From an uncultured bacterium (GTDB lineage: Bacteria; Patescibacteriota; Minisyncoccia; Phycocordibacterales; GCA-2401445): a stretch of DNA of 64,000 nt. The stretch lies in NCBI GenBank assembly GCA_937952265.1, contig CALFYW010000016.1, positions 270,661 to 334,660 on the forward strand. The letters run 5' to 3'. Below the pieces are notes generated by a model. That model saw only the letters and a program-made list of their open reading frames with translations. It had not been told where the DNA came from and searched no databases. Below, one piece after another: positions 29,829 to 40,115 of this stretch. The stretch's first letter is position 1; each line of letters begins with the position of its first letter. Made by a program: the position numbers and the translations under genes.

Positions 29829-30686
29829 ATGCAAAAACGTCTTTTGGTTCCCTTTACTGCCCTATTTTTATTAGTTGGTTTGGGAGTGTATATATTTTTT
29901 GATTTAGCCTCAAATAATGATTCAGCAAACAATCCAGGAGATAGTGAGCAGGTAGTAGATAACTCAGATGGTGGACCAGAACTCGACCAGATCTTGAACG
30001 ATGATCTTAGTGGTATTGGTGTAGTGGCCGATACTGACGGAGACGGTATTATTGAGGAATATTTACCAGACACTGTTTCTTTTGACTCATACCCTAGTTT
30101 AGACCGGTCATTTACCATTCCAGCAAGCTTTCCGGCTGATGCAGTTCAGATTATGCGTAGCAATATAAATGAAGTGGTTGGACGGCTAAAGGAGGATCGT
30201 AAGGATATCTCAGAGTGGATTAGCTTAGCGGTATTACTCAAGACTATTGATGATTATCTGGGTGCTGCCGAAATATGGGAATTCTTAGGACGGGAATTGC
30301 CAACAAATACGGTTACTTTTGCTAATTTGGGCTCTCTCTACCACCTCCATCTTAAAGATTATCCAAAATCAGAGCTTAATTTTCGAAAGGCAATTGAAAA
30401 CAATCGTACCAACCCCGCGCTTTATCTAGGGCTTCATGAGCTTTATAAATATTCATATAAAACCGAAACCGGACTTGCGCAAGATGTTTTGAAAGAAGGG
30501 CTCCAGCATATTACTGATAATACAGACCTCTTAATTACCTCAGCCCGTTTTGCGCACGAGAGGGGAGAAATTGACCAAGCGGTGGTCTATTATACGAGAG
30601 CTCGTGATGTTGCTGAAGAATCTGGTAATAGTAAATTAGTTGGACAAATTGATCGTGATCTTGTTCCACTTTTAAACATGGAGTAA
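29829..30686 (+). CDS. Membrane-anchored TPR-like repeat protein
   Basis: N-terminal TM helix, acidic linker, then helical repeats (AEIWEFLG...YHLHLKDYPKSELNFRKAIENN...ALYLGLHELY). Confidence 0.5.
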   Translation: MQKRLLVPFTALFLLVGLGVYIFFDLASNNDSANNPGDSEQVVDNSDGGPELDQILNDDLSGIGVVADTDGDGIIEEYLPDTVSFDSYPSLDRSFTIPASFPADAVQIMRSNINEVVGRLKEDRKDISEWISLAVLLKTIDDYLGAAEIWEFLGRELPTNTVTFANLGSLYHLHLKDYPKSELNFRKAIENNRTNPALYLGLHELYKYSYKTETGLAQDVLKEGLQHITDNTDLLITSARFAHERGEIDQAVVYYTRARDVAEESGNSKLVGQIDRDLVPLLNME

Positions 30687-30695
30687 GATTAATCT

Positions 30696-30857
30696 ATGTT
30701 ATTTAATAAAACCGCATTTCGGTTTACGCTTGGCTTCGTATCGATTATTTTGCTCAGTATCGCATTCTCTTTTTTGGTAACCAAATTTGGATTTCAGGAT
30801 AAAGATTATGTTGGAGCTCCAACGTCAGAATATCTTGACAAAGGAAGTGCTGATTAG
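30696..30857 (+). CDS. Possible small membrane protein (53 aa)
   Basis: ATG-to-TAG ORF below the 60-aa track cutoff with one TM helix (FTLGFVSIILLSIAFSFLV); no other support. Confidence 0.2.
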   Translation: MLFNKTAFRFTLGFVSIILLSIAFSFLVTKFGFQDKDYVGAPTSEYLDKGSAD

Positions 30858-30869
30858 GTATGATTTGTT

Positions 30870-30985
30870 TAAGGCCAGTGACGGCAGGCATTAAGAGTAA
30901 GTCCTGCTGAGGCACCACAATATATTTTTCCAGGACTCTGGAAGAATAACACGGCCTTTTATTAAGGGTCGATTTTTATTTTAAC
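30870..30985 (+). promoter_or_regulatory. Putative ribosomal L10 leader (autoregulatory 5' UTR)
   Basis: Structured GC-richer segment with hairpins (gcagg...cctgc; ccaggactctgg) immediately upstream of rplJ, the usual leader position. Confidence 0.3.
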
Positions 30986-30994
30986 GAAGTATAT

Positions 30995-31510
30995 ATGGCG
31001 ATTTCAAAAGAGAAAAAAACAGCAATTCTTGAAAATATCAAAAATATCTTAGATCAATCGTCGAGCACTGTTTTTATCGGGTTTAAGGGGCTTAGTGTCA
31101 ATGATACTGCCTTAATGCGAAACAAACTCCGGGAAGCGGGGGTTGGTTATACCGTCGTGAAGAAAACTCTTTTTAACCGAGTCTTGAAAGAGAAAGGTAT
31201 TGAGGGTGAATTACCGGAACTTTCTGGAGAACTTGCAATTGGATACCATCGTGGGACGAGTGAAAAAAGTAGCGATGTAACGCTTCCTGCACGCGAAATC
31301 TTTTCTTTTCAAAAGAAATTTAAAGATATGTTGTGGATTCAAGGAGGTGTATTTGAAGGGGTGTTCTTAGACCAGAATCGTATGGTTGAGATTGCTTCGA
31401 TCCCTTCACGCGAAACACTGCTTGGACAGCTGGTTATGTTGATTAACTCACCAATACAGCAGATTGCAGGAGTGCTCCATGAGGTTGCGGTAAAGCGTGA
31501 GGTAGCATAA
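30995..31510 (+). CDS. rplJ: 50S ribosomal protein L10
   Basis: [59 protein letters not shown]. Confidence 0.9.
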   Translation: MAISKEKKTAILENIKNILDQSSSTVFIGFKGLSVNDTALMRNKLREAGVGYTVVKKTLFNRVLKEKGIEGELPELSGELAIGYHRGTSEKSSDVTLPAREIFSFQKKFKDMLWIQGGVFEGVFLDQNRMVEIASIPSRETLLGQLVMLINSPIQQIAGVLHEVAVKREVA

Positions 31511-31533
31511 ATTATTATTTATCGTGTAAATAT

Positions 31534-31962
31534 ATGAAAGAAGAAAACAAAGAGAACGTTGAGGAAACACAAGAGGAGACGGTTGAAGTGCCTCAACAAT
31601 TCAAAAAAATGGTTGAAGACATTGAAAAGATGAGCGTTTTGGAGCTCCATGAGCTTGTTAAGGTGCTTGAGAAAAAGTTTGGTGTTTCTGCGCAAGCGGT
31701 TGTTGCGGCGCCTTCAGGTGGAGCAGCTTCAGGTGATGATGTTGCAGAAAAATCAGTCTTTACTCTCGAATTAACTGCTGCGGGAGACCAGAAAATTGGA
31801 GTTATTAAGATTGTAAAGGAAGTATTGGGTCTTGGGCTTAAAGAAGCAAAGGATATCGTTGACGGAGCTCCTGGGGTGCTTAAAGAAGGGGTGAAAAAGG
31901 AAGAAGCGGAAGAAATTAAGAAAAAAATTGAAGAAGTCGGAGGAAAAGTGACACTAAAATAA
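31534..31962 (+). CDS. rplL: 50S ribosomal protein L7/L12
   Basis: [19 protein letters not shown]...[38 protein letters not shown]...KVTLK. Confidence 0.9.
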   Translation: MKEENKENVEETQEETVEVPQQFKKMVEDIEKMSVLELHELVKVLEKKFGVSAQAVVAAPSGGAASGDDVAEKSVFTLELTAAGDQKIGVIKIVKEVLGLGLKEAKDIVDGAPGVLKEGVKKEEAEEIKKKIEEVGGKVTLK

Positions 31963-32036
31963 GTGAATTCTCAGTAATGAACCACAAAACAGCAGTACGC
32001 TTTTGCTACTGCTGTTTTCGGTGTAGAATACCCATC

Positions 32037-32681
32037 ATGGACATACTCGAGAAACTTTTTGGGAGCACTGCACGTGTTAAAATCATGCGCCTTTTTTTAT
32101 TTAATGCGAATGAGATATATGATCTTAAAGAAATAGTTAAACGATCTCAAGTCTCAGTATCAAATGCTCGTCGTGAGACCCGATTACTTGAACGTATTGA
32201 ATTGATTAAGAAAAAACAGTACTTAAAGGAGTATGAGAAAAAGGAGAAGGGCAAGGTTGTGATTTCTAAAAAGAAACTATCTGGATGGCAGGTAAACTCT
32301 AAATTTATTCACCTCAATGCCTTACAGAACCTCTTGATCGGATCAATACCCTTTAATTATACTGACTTAATACAAAAGATCAGCAGAGGGTGCCGTTTAA
32401 AACTGTTGGTTGTTTCCGGTGTATTTATACGAGAATGGGACACGAGCAGGGTTGATCTTTTAGTGGTAGGTGAAAAACTTAAAATGCCGGTATTGGAGAG
32501 TTTTATTCGATCACTTGAAGCAGAAATTGGAAAGGAGATTCGGTATGCTATTTTCGATACTTCGGATTTCCAGTACCGGGTAAGCGTCTGTGACCGCTTA
32601 GTGCGAGATATTTTAGAATATCCACATGAACGACTGATCGATAAAATTGGTGTCGATATTGGGGTATCAAATGCAGTTTAG
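32037..32681 (+). CDS. wHTH plus nucleotidyltransferase-like domain protein
   Basis: N-terminal ARVKIMRLFLFNANEIYDLKEIVKRSQVSVSNARRETRLLE is wHTH-like. LLVVSGVFIREWDTSRVDLLVVGE resembles a minimal nucleotidyltransferase fold. ORF opens at 31977. Confidence 0.45.
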   Translation: MDILEKLFGSTARVKIMRLFLFNANEIYDLKEIVKRSQVSVSNARRETRLLERIELIKKKQYLKEYEKKEKGKVVISKKKLSGWQVNSKFIHLNALQNLLIGSIPFNYTDLIQKISRGCRLKLLVVSGVFIREWDTSRVDLLVVGEKLKMPVLESFIRSLEAEIGKEIRYAIFDTSDFQYRVSVCDRLVRDILEYPHERLIDKIGVDIGVSNAV

Positions 32682-32838
32682 GGTTATCCACATATTTTAA
32701 TCTCTATTTCTAGCCTGCTTGTTATACTATAACGTAGTGGGAAAGCAATTATGCTTTTTCTTACGTTTCTTATCATACCCTAGTCGGAAAGGGTATACCT
32801 CGTTTATTAGTAAAGTTTATTAATCTAAATATCGTATT

Positions 32839-33528
32839 ATGTTGCTTGAAACATGGAGTGATGTGCTCTCTCGCTCTTTTCAAGAATTATGGGTTGGACT
32901 TATCAAAGGGTTCCTTCCTAATTTTCTTGCAGCAGTGATCATCTTTATTCTCGGATGGATTGTTGGTGCACTGCTTGGGCGTGTGGTAGCACAAATTATT
33001 CGTTCTCTTAAGGTTGATAAAGCGTTGCGTGGTGCAGGCATTGAGGATGTATTGCGCCGTGCTAATATCTCGCTCGATTCAGGTGCCTTTATTGGGGGGC
33101 TCGTAAAATGGTTTGTCATTGTTGCTTTCTTGCTCGCATCCCTCGATGTACTAAATTTGACCGAGGTAAATAATTTCCTTAGTGAGGTGGTGCTTGGCTA
33201 CTTACCACAAGTCATTGTTGCGGTGTTGATCTTACTTGCCGCGGCACTCATTGCTGAAGCAATGCAGCATGTTGTAGTAAGTTCTGCGAAAGCTGCTGAG
33301 ATTAAAGCTGCGCATCTCTTGGGAACGGTTACTCGCTGGTCAATCTGGGTTTTTGCACTTCTCGCCGCGCTCTCTCAACTTAAGATTGCGCCTGCGTTTA
33401 TGCAAACTCTCTTTACGGGTATTGTAATAGCATTCTCTCTTGCGGTAGGTCTTGCATTTGGTTTAGGCGGTCAGGAGGCGGCAGCTCGGTATATTGAACG
33501 TGTTCGGGACGAAATAGCGCATAAATAA
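32839..33528 (+). CDS. Membrane protein (conserved TM-helix repeat family)
   Basis: Four to five TM helices and a charged C-terminus; no catalytic motif. Confidence 0.5.
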   Translation: MLLETWSDVLSRSFQELWVGLIKGFLPNFLAAVIIFILGWIVGALLGRVVAQIIRSLKVDKALRGAGIEDVLRRANISLDSGAFIGGLVKWFVIVAFLLASLDVLNLTEVNNFLSEVVLGYLPQVIVAVLILLAAALIAEAMQHVVVSSAKAAEIKAAHLLGTVTRWSIWVFALLAALSQLKIAPAFMQTLFTGIVIAFSLAVGLAFGLGGQEAAARYIERVRDEIAHK

Positions 33529-33555
33529 AACAAAATTTTTGTTTTGAGTGTTATC

Positions 33556-33590
33556 CACACACCCCTCTTCTGAGGGGTGTGTTTCTGTTT
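33556..33590 (+). terminator. Rho-independent terminator
   Basis: cacacacccctc ttct gaggggtgtgt then a T-rich tail. Confidence 0.6.
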
Positions 33591-33687
33591 GACACAAAAG
33601 AGATCTTCGGTATACTGGATGCTATTGATGCAAAGAGCAAGAAAAAACCCATGAAAAGCGGAATTGCCCCGTGCGTTAGCAATGGGC

Positions 33688-33712
33688 AAACCGCTTCAAA
33701 AGCGGTTTTTTA
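33688..33712 (+). terminator. Second hairpin/T-run terminator upstream of 23S
   Basis: aaaccgctt caaa agcggtttttta. Confidence 0.5.
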
Positions 33713-34439
33713 TTTGGATGGAAGGATCGCTCGTTGACATTTATATAAGTTAAGTAGAGTAGAATAGAAGTGCTTTTAGGTTTACAGCATAACCAAAAAG
33801 CACACATTGAAGATAATATTATTGTGGTCATTAAATTTCCTAATAGGAAATTTAAGGGCGTACGGTGGATGCCTTGACTCTATAGAGCGATGAAGGACGC
33901 AGCAAAGCGGCGATACGCTCCGGGAAGGTGCCAAGCAACCTGTGATCCGGAGATTTCCGAATGGGGAAACCCATCCAGCATTACGCTAGGATAATCTCGT
34001 CTTAAAAAGACGGATAGCGCACCCAGGGAAGTAAAACATTTCAGTACCTGGAGGAAAAGAAACCAATACGTGCTTATTATTGAAAGATAATAAGTCGGCA
34101 TTTCCCAAGTAGCGGCGAGCGAAAAGGAAGAAGCCCAAACCTTTCGACTCGACACTGTGTGTCTCACTCAGAGTAAGCTTTATTAAATAACAGAGTTTAC
34201 GTTACGTGAGGTGCTTAGCGTCGAGTTGAAGGGGGTTGTAAGACAACAACGGTCATTCGACGAAGAGTTATCAAATGTTTTATTAATTGAATTGGCTGGA
34301 AAGCCAGACCCTAGAAGGTAATAGTCCTGTAAATGAAAATAAAACATCTCTTTGGTTGTTGTTCTTGAGTACCTCAGGACACGAATAGCTTGAGGGAAGC
34401 TACCGGAACTAACCGGTAAGGCTAAATATCTATAGAGAT

Positions 34440-34476
<37 letters not shown>

Positions 34477-36410
34477 CAGCCCGGTGAGGGCGGTGAAATA
34501 GACCTGAAACCGTATGCCTACAAGGAGTCGGAGCCCTGAGCTTGTCGAAGGGTGACGGCGTTCCTATTGAAGAATGAGCCAACGAGTTTTTGTATATTGC
34601 AAAGCTAAGCCCGATGGGGTGGAGCTCTAGGGAAACCGAGTGTGAATAGCGCGTAAGTAGTATACAAAAGACCCGAAGCCAGGTGAGCTTGCCATGAGCA
34701 GGGTGAAGGCGGTCGAAAGACCGTCGGAGGCCCGAACCGTTTGGTCGTACAACGCCATCGGATGACTTGTGGTAAGGAGTGAAAAGCTAATCGAACTTGG
34801 TAATAGCTGGTTCTCTCCGAAATAGCTTTTGGGCTAGCGTCGAGGTTACCTTCTGGGGGTAGAGCACTGGATGGTCTAAATAGGGAGCAATCTCGTTAGA
34901 CCAATCAAACTCCGAATACCAGAAGCCATTACTCGGCAGTTAGACTGTGGGCGCTAAGGTCCATTGGTCAAAAGGGAAACAGCCCTTGATCTCCAGTTAA
35001 GGTCCCTAAATTTATGCTCAGTGCACTTAAGGAGGTGAAATTTCTCTGACAGTGAGGAGGTTGGCTTAGAAGCAGCCATCCTTTAAAGAAAGCGTAACAG
35101 CTCACTCACTAAGAGATTTTGCGCCGCAGATTATCGGGGCTTAAGCATAATACCGAAGCTGAGGGCTTGTGAGTTTCATTGAGGATTTTCTGGCAAGTAT
35201 GTTTACATAGTTTGCCTCCTCGATGAAATTCATAAGCGGTAGGAGAGTGTTCATGTCTGCTGTGAAGGAGGCGCGTAAGCAACTCTGGAGCGTCATGAAG
35301 TACGAATGTTGGCACAAGTAACCACAATAGGGGTGAGAGTCCCCTACGCCGAAAAACTAAGGTTTCCTTGGCAATGCAGATCAGCCAAGGGTTAGTCGGT
35401 CCTAAGTGGATGGCGAGAGCCGAACACGATGGATACATGGTTAATATTCCATGACTTTATATATAAGCAATGGGAGGACGGAGGGTAGTAGTATGAGCGC
35501 ATTATTGGATTTGCGTTTATGGTGTGAGAGTGTGGTAGTGGAAAATCCCTACCGCGTAAGCTCAAGCATTGTAGAAATCTGGCGATACGTCAAAGGAGAT
35601 TCATATGAGCACGCTTCCAAGAAAAGTCTCTAGCGTTAATTGTATATAAAACCGTACCGTAAACCGACACAGGTAGTTAGGTCGAGTAGACCAAGGCGAA
35701 CGAGTGAAATTTCCCCAAGGAACTCGGCAAAAAAGCAGCCGTAACTTCGGAATAAGGCTTGCCCTTCGATTCGACACTGTGCGTCTCTATAAGACCCGAG
35801 CATTACAGAGTAGTAAATTAAAAATGCACGGGCCTGAGTGAGACGCTTAGCGTCGAGTCGGGGGGCCGCAGCGAAAGTATGCCTGGCAACTGTTTATCAA
35901 AAACACAGCTTCCTGCGAACTCGTAAGAGGATGTATAGGAGGTGACACCTGACCAATGCCAGAAGGTCAAACAACGGCGGTCTATACCACCATGTACTTG
36001 AATAGTTCGAGTATACGGTGGTGTAGGCTGACTGTTGTAAGCCCTGGTGAATGTCGGCGATAACTATAATCGTCCTAAGGTAGCGCAATTCCTTGTCTGG
36101 TAAGTTCAGACGCGCACGAATGGTGTAATGACTGGGCAACTGTCTCGGGGAATAGCTCGGTGAAAATGCGGTACCGGTGAAGATGCCGGTTACCTACAGC
36201 TAGACGAAAAGACCCCAGAAGCTTTACTATAGCTTGATATTGAGCATATGCTTATAGTGCGTAGCATAGGTGGGAGACTTTGAAGTTTCGCTTTCGGGCG
36301 AAATGGAGTCATCAGTGAAATACCACTCTCTATTGGGGTATGTTCTAACCTCATCGGCAAAAACGGTGAGAGACAGTATCTGGCGGGTAGTTTTAGTGGG
36401 GCGCTATCCT

Positions 36411-37362
36411 TGGTCATATTATTTTAGTTACTAAAATAGTGTGACCTTACTATGGCGCCTCTCTGGAATTCACTCCGAATTCTTAAAAAAATAAATAAGG
36501 GGGTATTTGAGAAATCAAATAGGTAATTAGCTATATGCTGGGAAATCCGGTGTATCCAACAGTACTCAATAAGAGTGAAAATCTGTTTGGTGCGGATAAT
36601 CAGCAGGAAAGGTGCAGAGTTCTTGCAAACACTGCACATCCTCAGAGACTAAACGCTAATCACTCGTAAGAGTGAAATTATAGTCCGATCTTCGTGGCGA
36701 CATGAAGCTTACTACAAATAAATAGTAAGAACCCAATGAACACAAAAGAAATAAGAGATTATAAACAACACCTTAAGTTAACTGACCTACAAAGATCAAT
36801 TTTAGTAGGAACCTTGCTCGGTGATGGCCATTTTGAGACGCAAGATCAAGGTAAAACCTATCGGCTTAAGATTGAGCATCAACGAGCACAGAAAGATTAT
36901 CTGGAATGGCTTTATGAGCAGTTTAAGGAGTGGGTTGGTAATGGAATTCAGCATAGAATAAAGAAAAACGGAAGAGAGTATGTGTTATTTAATACATATT
37001 CTCACGGATCATTCAGATTTTACGCCCAACAGTTCTATGTGAATAGAAAAAAAGTAATTCCAAAACTAATCAAAAAATTACTTGATCCGATTGCGCTAGC
37101 AGTTTGGTATATGGATGACGGATCATGGAAATCAAATCACCACAATACGTTTATAATCCACACTGTTGGATTTGTTAAAAAGGATTTGGAAAGAATTCAG
37201 GATGCTCTAAAAGAAAATTTTGAACTCGAAACAAGTCTTCACAAACAAAAACAAAAGTATTGGAGATTGTATGTAAAATCAAAATCATCCGAAACATTCA
37301 GGAGGATTATTGAGCCCTATACATCACACATCCCTTCAATGCAAAAGAAAATGGGTAACAAA
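36411..37362 (+). mobile_element. Group I-type intron 1 in 23S (domain IV/V, near gggcg|cctaaaaagtaacgg)
   Basis: Conserved 23S sequence breaks after gtggggcg (about 36408) and resumes at cctaaaaagtaacggaggag (about 37363); boundaries approximate. Confidence 0.7.
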
Positions 37363-37377
37363 ATGCCTAAAAAGTAA
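36736..37377 (+). CDS. LAGLIDADG homing endonuclease (double-motif) encoded in intron 1
   Basis: Two motifs, ILVGTLLGDGHF and LAVWYMDDGSW; 213 aa; the stop lies inside the 3' exon (aaaaagTAAcgg). Confidence 0.85.
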   Translation: MNTKEIRDYKQHLKLTDLQRSILVGTLLGDGHFETQDQGKTYRLKIEHQRAQKDYLEWLYEQFKEWVGNGIQHRIKKNGREYVLFNTYSHGSFRFYAQQFYVNRKKVIPKLIKKLLDPIALAVWYMDDGSWKSNHHNTFIIHTVGFVKKDLERIQDALKENFELETSLHKQKQKYWRLYVKSKSSETFRRIIEPYTSHIPSMQKKMGNKMPKK

Positions 37378-37696
37378 CGGAGGAGTTTATTAAGGTTCCC
37401 TAGGCGCGGATGGAAACCGTGCTGATAGTGTAATGGCACAAGGGGGCTTGACTGCAAGGCGTACATGCCGAGCAGGTGCGAAAGCAGAACATAGTGAACC
37501 GCGGGTTCGCATTAGATGCGGCCCAAGATTAACGGATAAAAGCTACTCTGGGGATAACAGGCTGGTTCCGCCTAAGAGTTCATATCGACGGCGGAGTTCG
37601 GCACCTCGATGTCGGCTCGACTTATCCTGGGGGTGGAGAAGCTCCCAAGGGTTTGGCTGTTCGCCAATTAAAAAGTCACGCGAGCTGGGTTCAGAC

Positions 37697-38030
37697 CGTA
37701 GATTATCTAAATAGGGATATATATTTGGGTAATGTACTGTCTGAATTCACTCTGAAAACGACAGTAGTATTGAGTCTTTTTGTCTATGAAATTTAAGATA
37801 GTGCTAATCATATTACGGCGGTCATGTGCAGTAATGCAGCATGATTGAACTGACGTATATCGGTGAAATCCTAGATTCGCGAAATGTGAATTAAAGGACA
37901 ACACCGAGGGAATCATTTATATTTTGGAATATAAATGAGCCCGTAGAGACTAAGTGTCAGTGTTCCTTGAAATAAGGAATAAGTTATAGTCCAATGCACG
38001 AAGTAATTCGTGATACCATGCGTAAGACAG
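37697..38030 (+). mobile_element. ORF-less intron 2 in 23S (peptidyl-transferase region)
   Basis: gggttcagaccgtag|...|cgtaagacaggttggtctcctatctgc splits the conserved GGGTTTAGAACGTCGTGAGACAGTTCGGTCCCTATCTGC by about 335 nt. Confidence 0.6.
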
Positions 38031-38091
38031 GTTGGTCTCCTATCTGCTGTAGGCGTTGATTCTTGAGAAGACTTGCTCCTAGTAAGAAATT

Positions 38092-38928
38092 GCTACTTTC
38101 GAGAGTAATCTCGAATGACAATTCGGCTAATAACGGTGAAGCCTTCATATGGTTTGGTTTTAGAGTTATATCATACACGGTCCATGATGATATAATTTGC
38201 TTGAGGACCAAACCCTCTTTAAGGTAATACCGTGGGAAGTCAGTCTAATAGTGATAAAGCATATATTGCGGGATTTCTTGATGGCGATGGCAGTATTATG
38301 TTGCAAATTAAAAATCGGAATGACACAAAACGTAGTTTTCGATTTATGGCAACAATCTGTCTGTATCAAGATTCTCGTCATGACACAACATTTATTTGGG
38401 TTCGTAGTGTGTTAGGTGTGGGATATCTTTCGAAGCGGAAAGACGGAATGTCAGAGCTTCGTATTAATGGGTACACGCGTGTTAAGAGTATTCTTTTAAT
38501 GCTCTTACCGTTTATTAGGTTTAAAAGAAAGCAAGCACAAGCTATGATTAAAGCTTGTAGTATTCTTGAAACCATTCCATTAAAAAAGATGAAACGTAGC
38601 CACTTAAAAAGACTTGTTGAACTAGTTTTGTTTATTCAAAATCAAAATTATTCAACAAAACGGAAACGAAAAAAAGTTGAGTTTTATCAACAATTAGGCT
38701 TGACCCCGTAACGACTGAACCAACCTGGTTGATAACCACCAGGAAGGAGAGACTGATATACGAGGAATTATCTCTTTGAAGATAACTGCGTATATGGGTA
38801 ATACGCCGACTCCTTAGATTAAAGACTAAGGATGAAGATATAGTCTGCGCTCCTAGAAATAGGGGAAACAAATCCTCAACCATATTTTGTAGTTGTTGGA
38901 TTACGCGACGAGAGGACCGGAGTGAACT
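38092..38928 (+). mobile_element. Intron 3 in 23S, beside the sarcin-ricin loop
   Basis: gctcctagtaag|...|cgacgagaggaccggagtg; about 840-nt insertion carrying a homing endonuclease ORF. Confidence 0.7.
38232..38711 (+). CDS. LAGLIDADG homing endonuclease (single-motif) encoded in intron 3
   Basis: YIAGFLDGDGSIMLQI motif; 159 aa basic protein. Confidence 0.8.
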   Translation: MGSQSNSDKAYIAGFLDGDGSIMLQIKNRNDTKRSFRFMATICLYQDSRHDTTFIWVRSVLGVGYLSKRKDGMSELRINGYTRVKSILLMLLPFIRFKRKQAQAMIKACSILETIPLKKMKRSHLKRLVELVLFIQNQNYSTKRKRKKVEFYQQLGLTP

Positions 38929-39195
38929 GACCTCTGGTGTACGAGCTGTCCTGCCAAGGGCACTGCTCGGTAGCTAAGTCGGGAATGGATAACCTCTGAA
39001 AGCATCTAAGAGGGAAGCCAGCTTCAAGATAAGGAATCGTTTGAGACCCCTAGGAGATGACTAGGTTGATAGGCTCTCGGTGAAAGCACAGTAATGTGTT
39101 GAGCCAAGGAGTACTAATTCGTCGACTCCTATTAGGAAATTTGGTGGCCACTATAATATTATCTTCACTCTACAAGAGCGTTCGTTCGATACTGA

Positions 39196-39306
39196 GTCCT
39201 GGTGATTTGACGCCATGGAAACACCCGTTCCCATTCCGAACACGGAAGTGAAACGTGGTAGTGCCGATGATACTCACTTGGGGAAAGTAGGTAGTCGCCG
39301 GGACTG
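39196..39306 (+). rRNA. rrf: 5S rRNA
   Basis: cctggtgat...cccgttcccattccgaacacggaagtgaaacg...ggtagtcgccggga matches the 5S consensus (CCGAAC...GAAGTGAAAC). Confidence 0.85.
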
Positions 39307-39355
39307 AGGATCGAACAAGTTTTTTTAACACTCCTTTTGAGGTATACTTCAAAAT

Positions 39356-40111
39356 ATGTTTTCGTGGCGAACTCGAATGAGATTGTGGTATATCCTGCTG
39401 TTTTTGATTGTCCTCGGAGCGTTTATTGGAGGCACGGTGGCATTTTTTAATAATCGTAGCTCGTGTAGCGACGGGACACAAAATGGTGATGAACTGGGGG
39501 TTGATTGCGGTGGATCGTGTAAACTAGTATGTCCGACTACTATTCGAGAACCTTTAGTATTGTGGAGTCGGGCATTACCTATCTCTGATGGCATCTATCA
39601 TGCCGTTGCGTATGTTGAGAATAAGAATGATGCCATTGTTGATAATGCGGGATATCTGTTTCAGGTGTATGATTCCTCAAACACGTTAGTCGCAGAACGA
39701 AGAGGGAGAGTGGATATTCCTGCGAGTAAACAGTTTTCCGTCTTTGAAGGGAATATCCGTATCGATGCTCCGGCACCATTTCGAACCTTCTTTGAGTTTA
39801 GCGATGATTTAGTGTGGACACAGAATGAATTTAAACCAACCCTTCTCGCAAGTGGTATCCTCCTCGAGGAGCTTGCCTCATCACCTCGGCTTGAGGTAAC
39901 GATTGAGAATCCAACGGTCTATGATGTTCGTGAATTAGTAGCGCATGTGTTACTACTTGATTTTGAGGGTAATGCGGTGGGGGTTTCTCGATCAGTTATT
40001 AATGATCTTAAGGCGGGTGAATCATTGGTACGAACATTTACCTGGCCACGACCATTTTCTGAGCAACCAGTACGAACGGTTGTTGAGATTTCAGTAGTTG
40101 ATTTTAATTAA
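39356..40111 (+). CDS. Hypothetical membrane-anchored protein
   Basis: N-terminal TM helix, Cys-rich stretch (SCSDGTQNGDELGVDCGGSCKLVC), beta-rich remainder. Confidence 0.5.
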   Translation: MFSWRTRMRLWYILLFLIVLGAFIGGTVAFFNNRSSCSDGTQNGDELGVDCGGSCKLVCPTTIREPLVLWSRALPISDGIYHAVAYVENKNDAIVDNAGYLFQVYDSSNTLVAERRGRVDIPASKQFSVFEGNIRIDAPAPFRTFFEFSDDLVWTQNEFKPTLLASGILLEELASSPRLEVTIENPTVYDVRELVAHVLLLDFEGNAVGVSRSVINDLKAGESLVRTFTWPRPFSEQPVRTVVEISVVDFN

Positions 40112-40115
40112 AGAT

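Noticed and set aside
33734-33766. Possible 23S promoter (ttgaca ... tagaat) upstream of rrl
   Set aside because: Spacing between the best -35 and -10 candidates is 20 nt, outside the usual 16-18 range, so it was not called as a feature.
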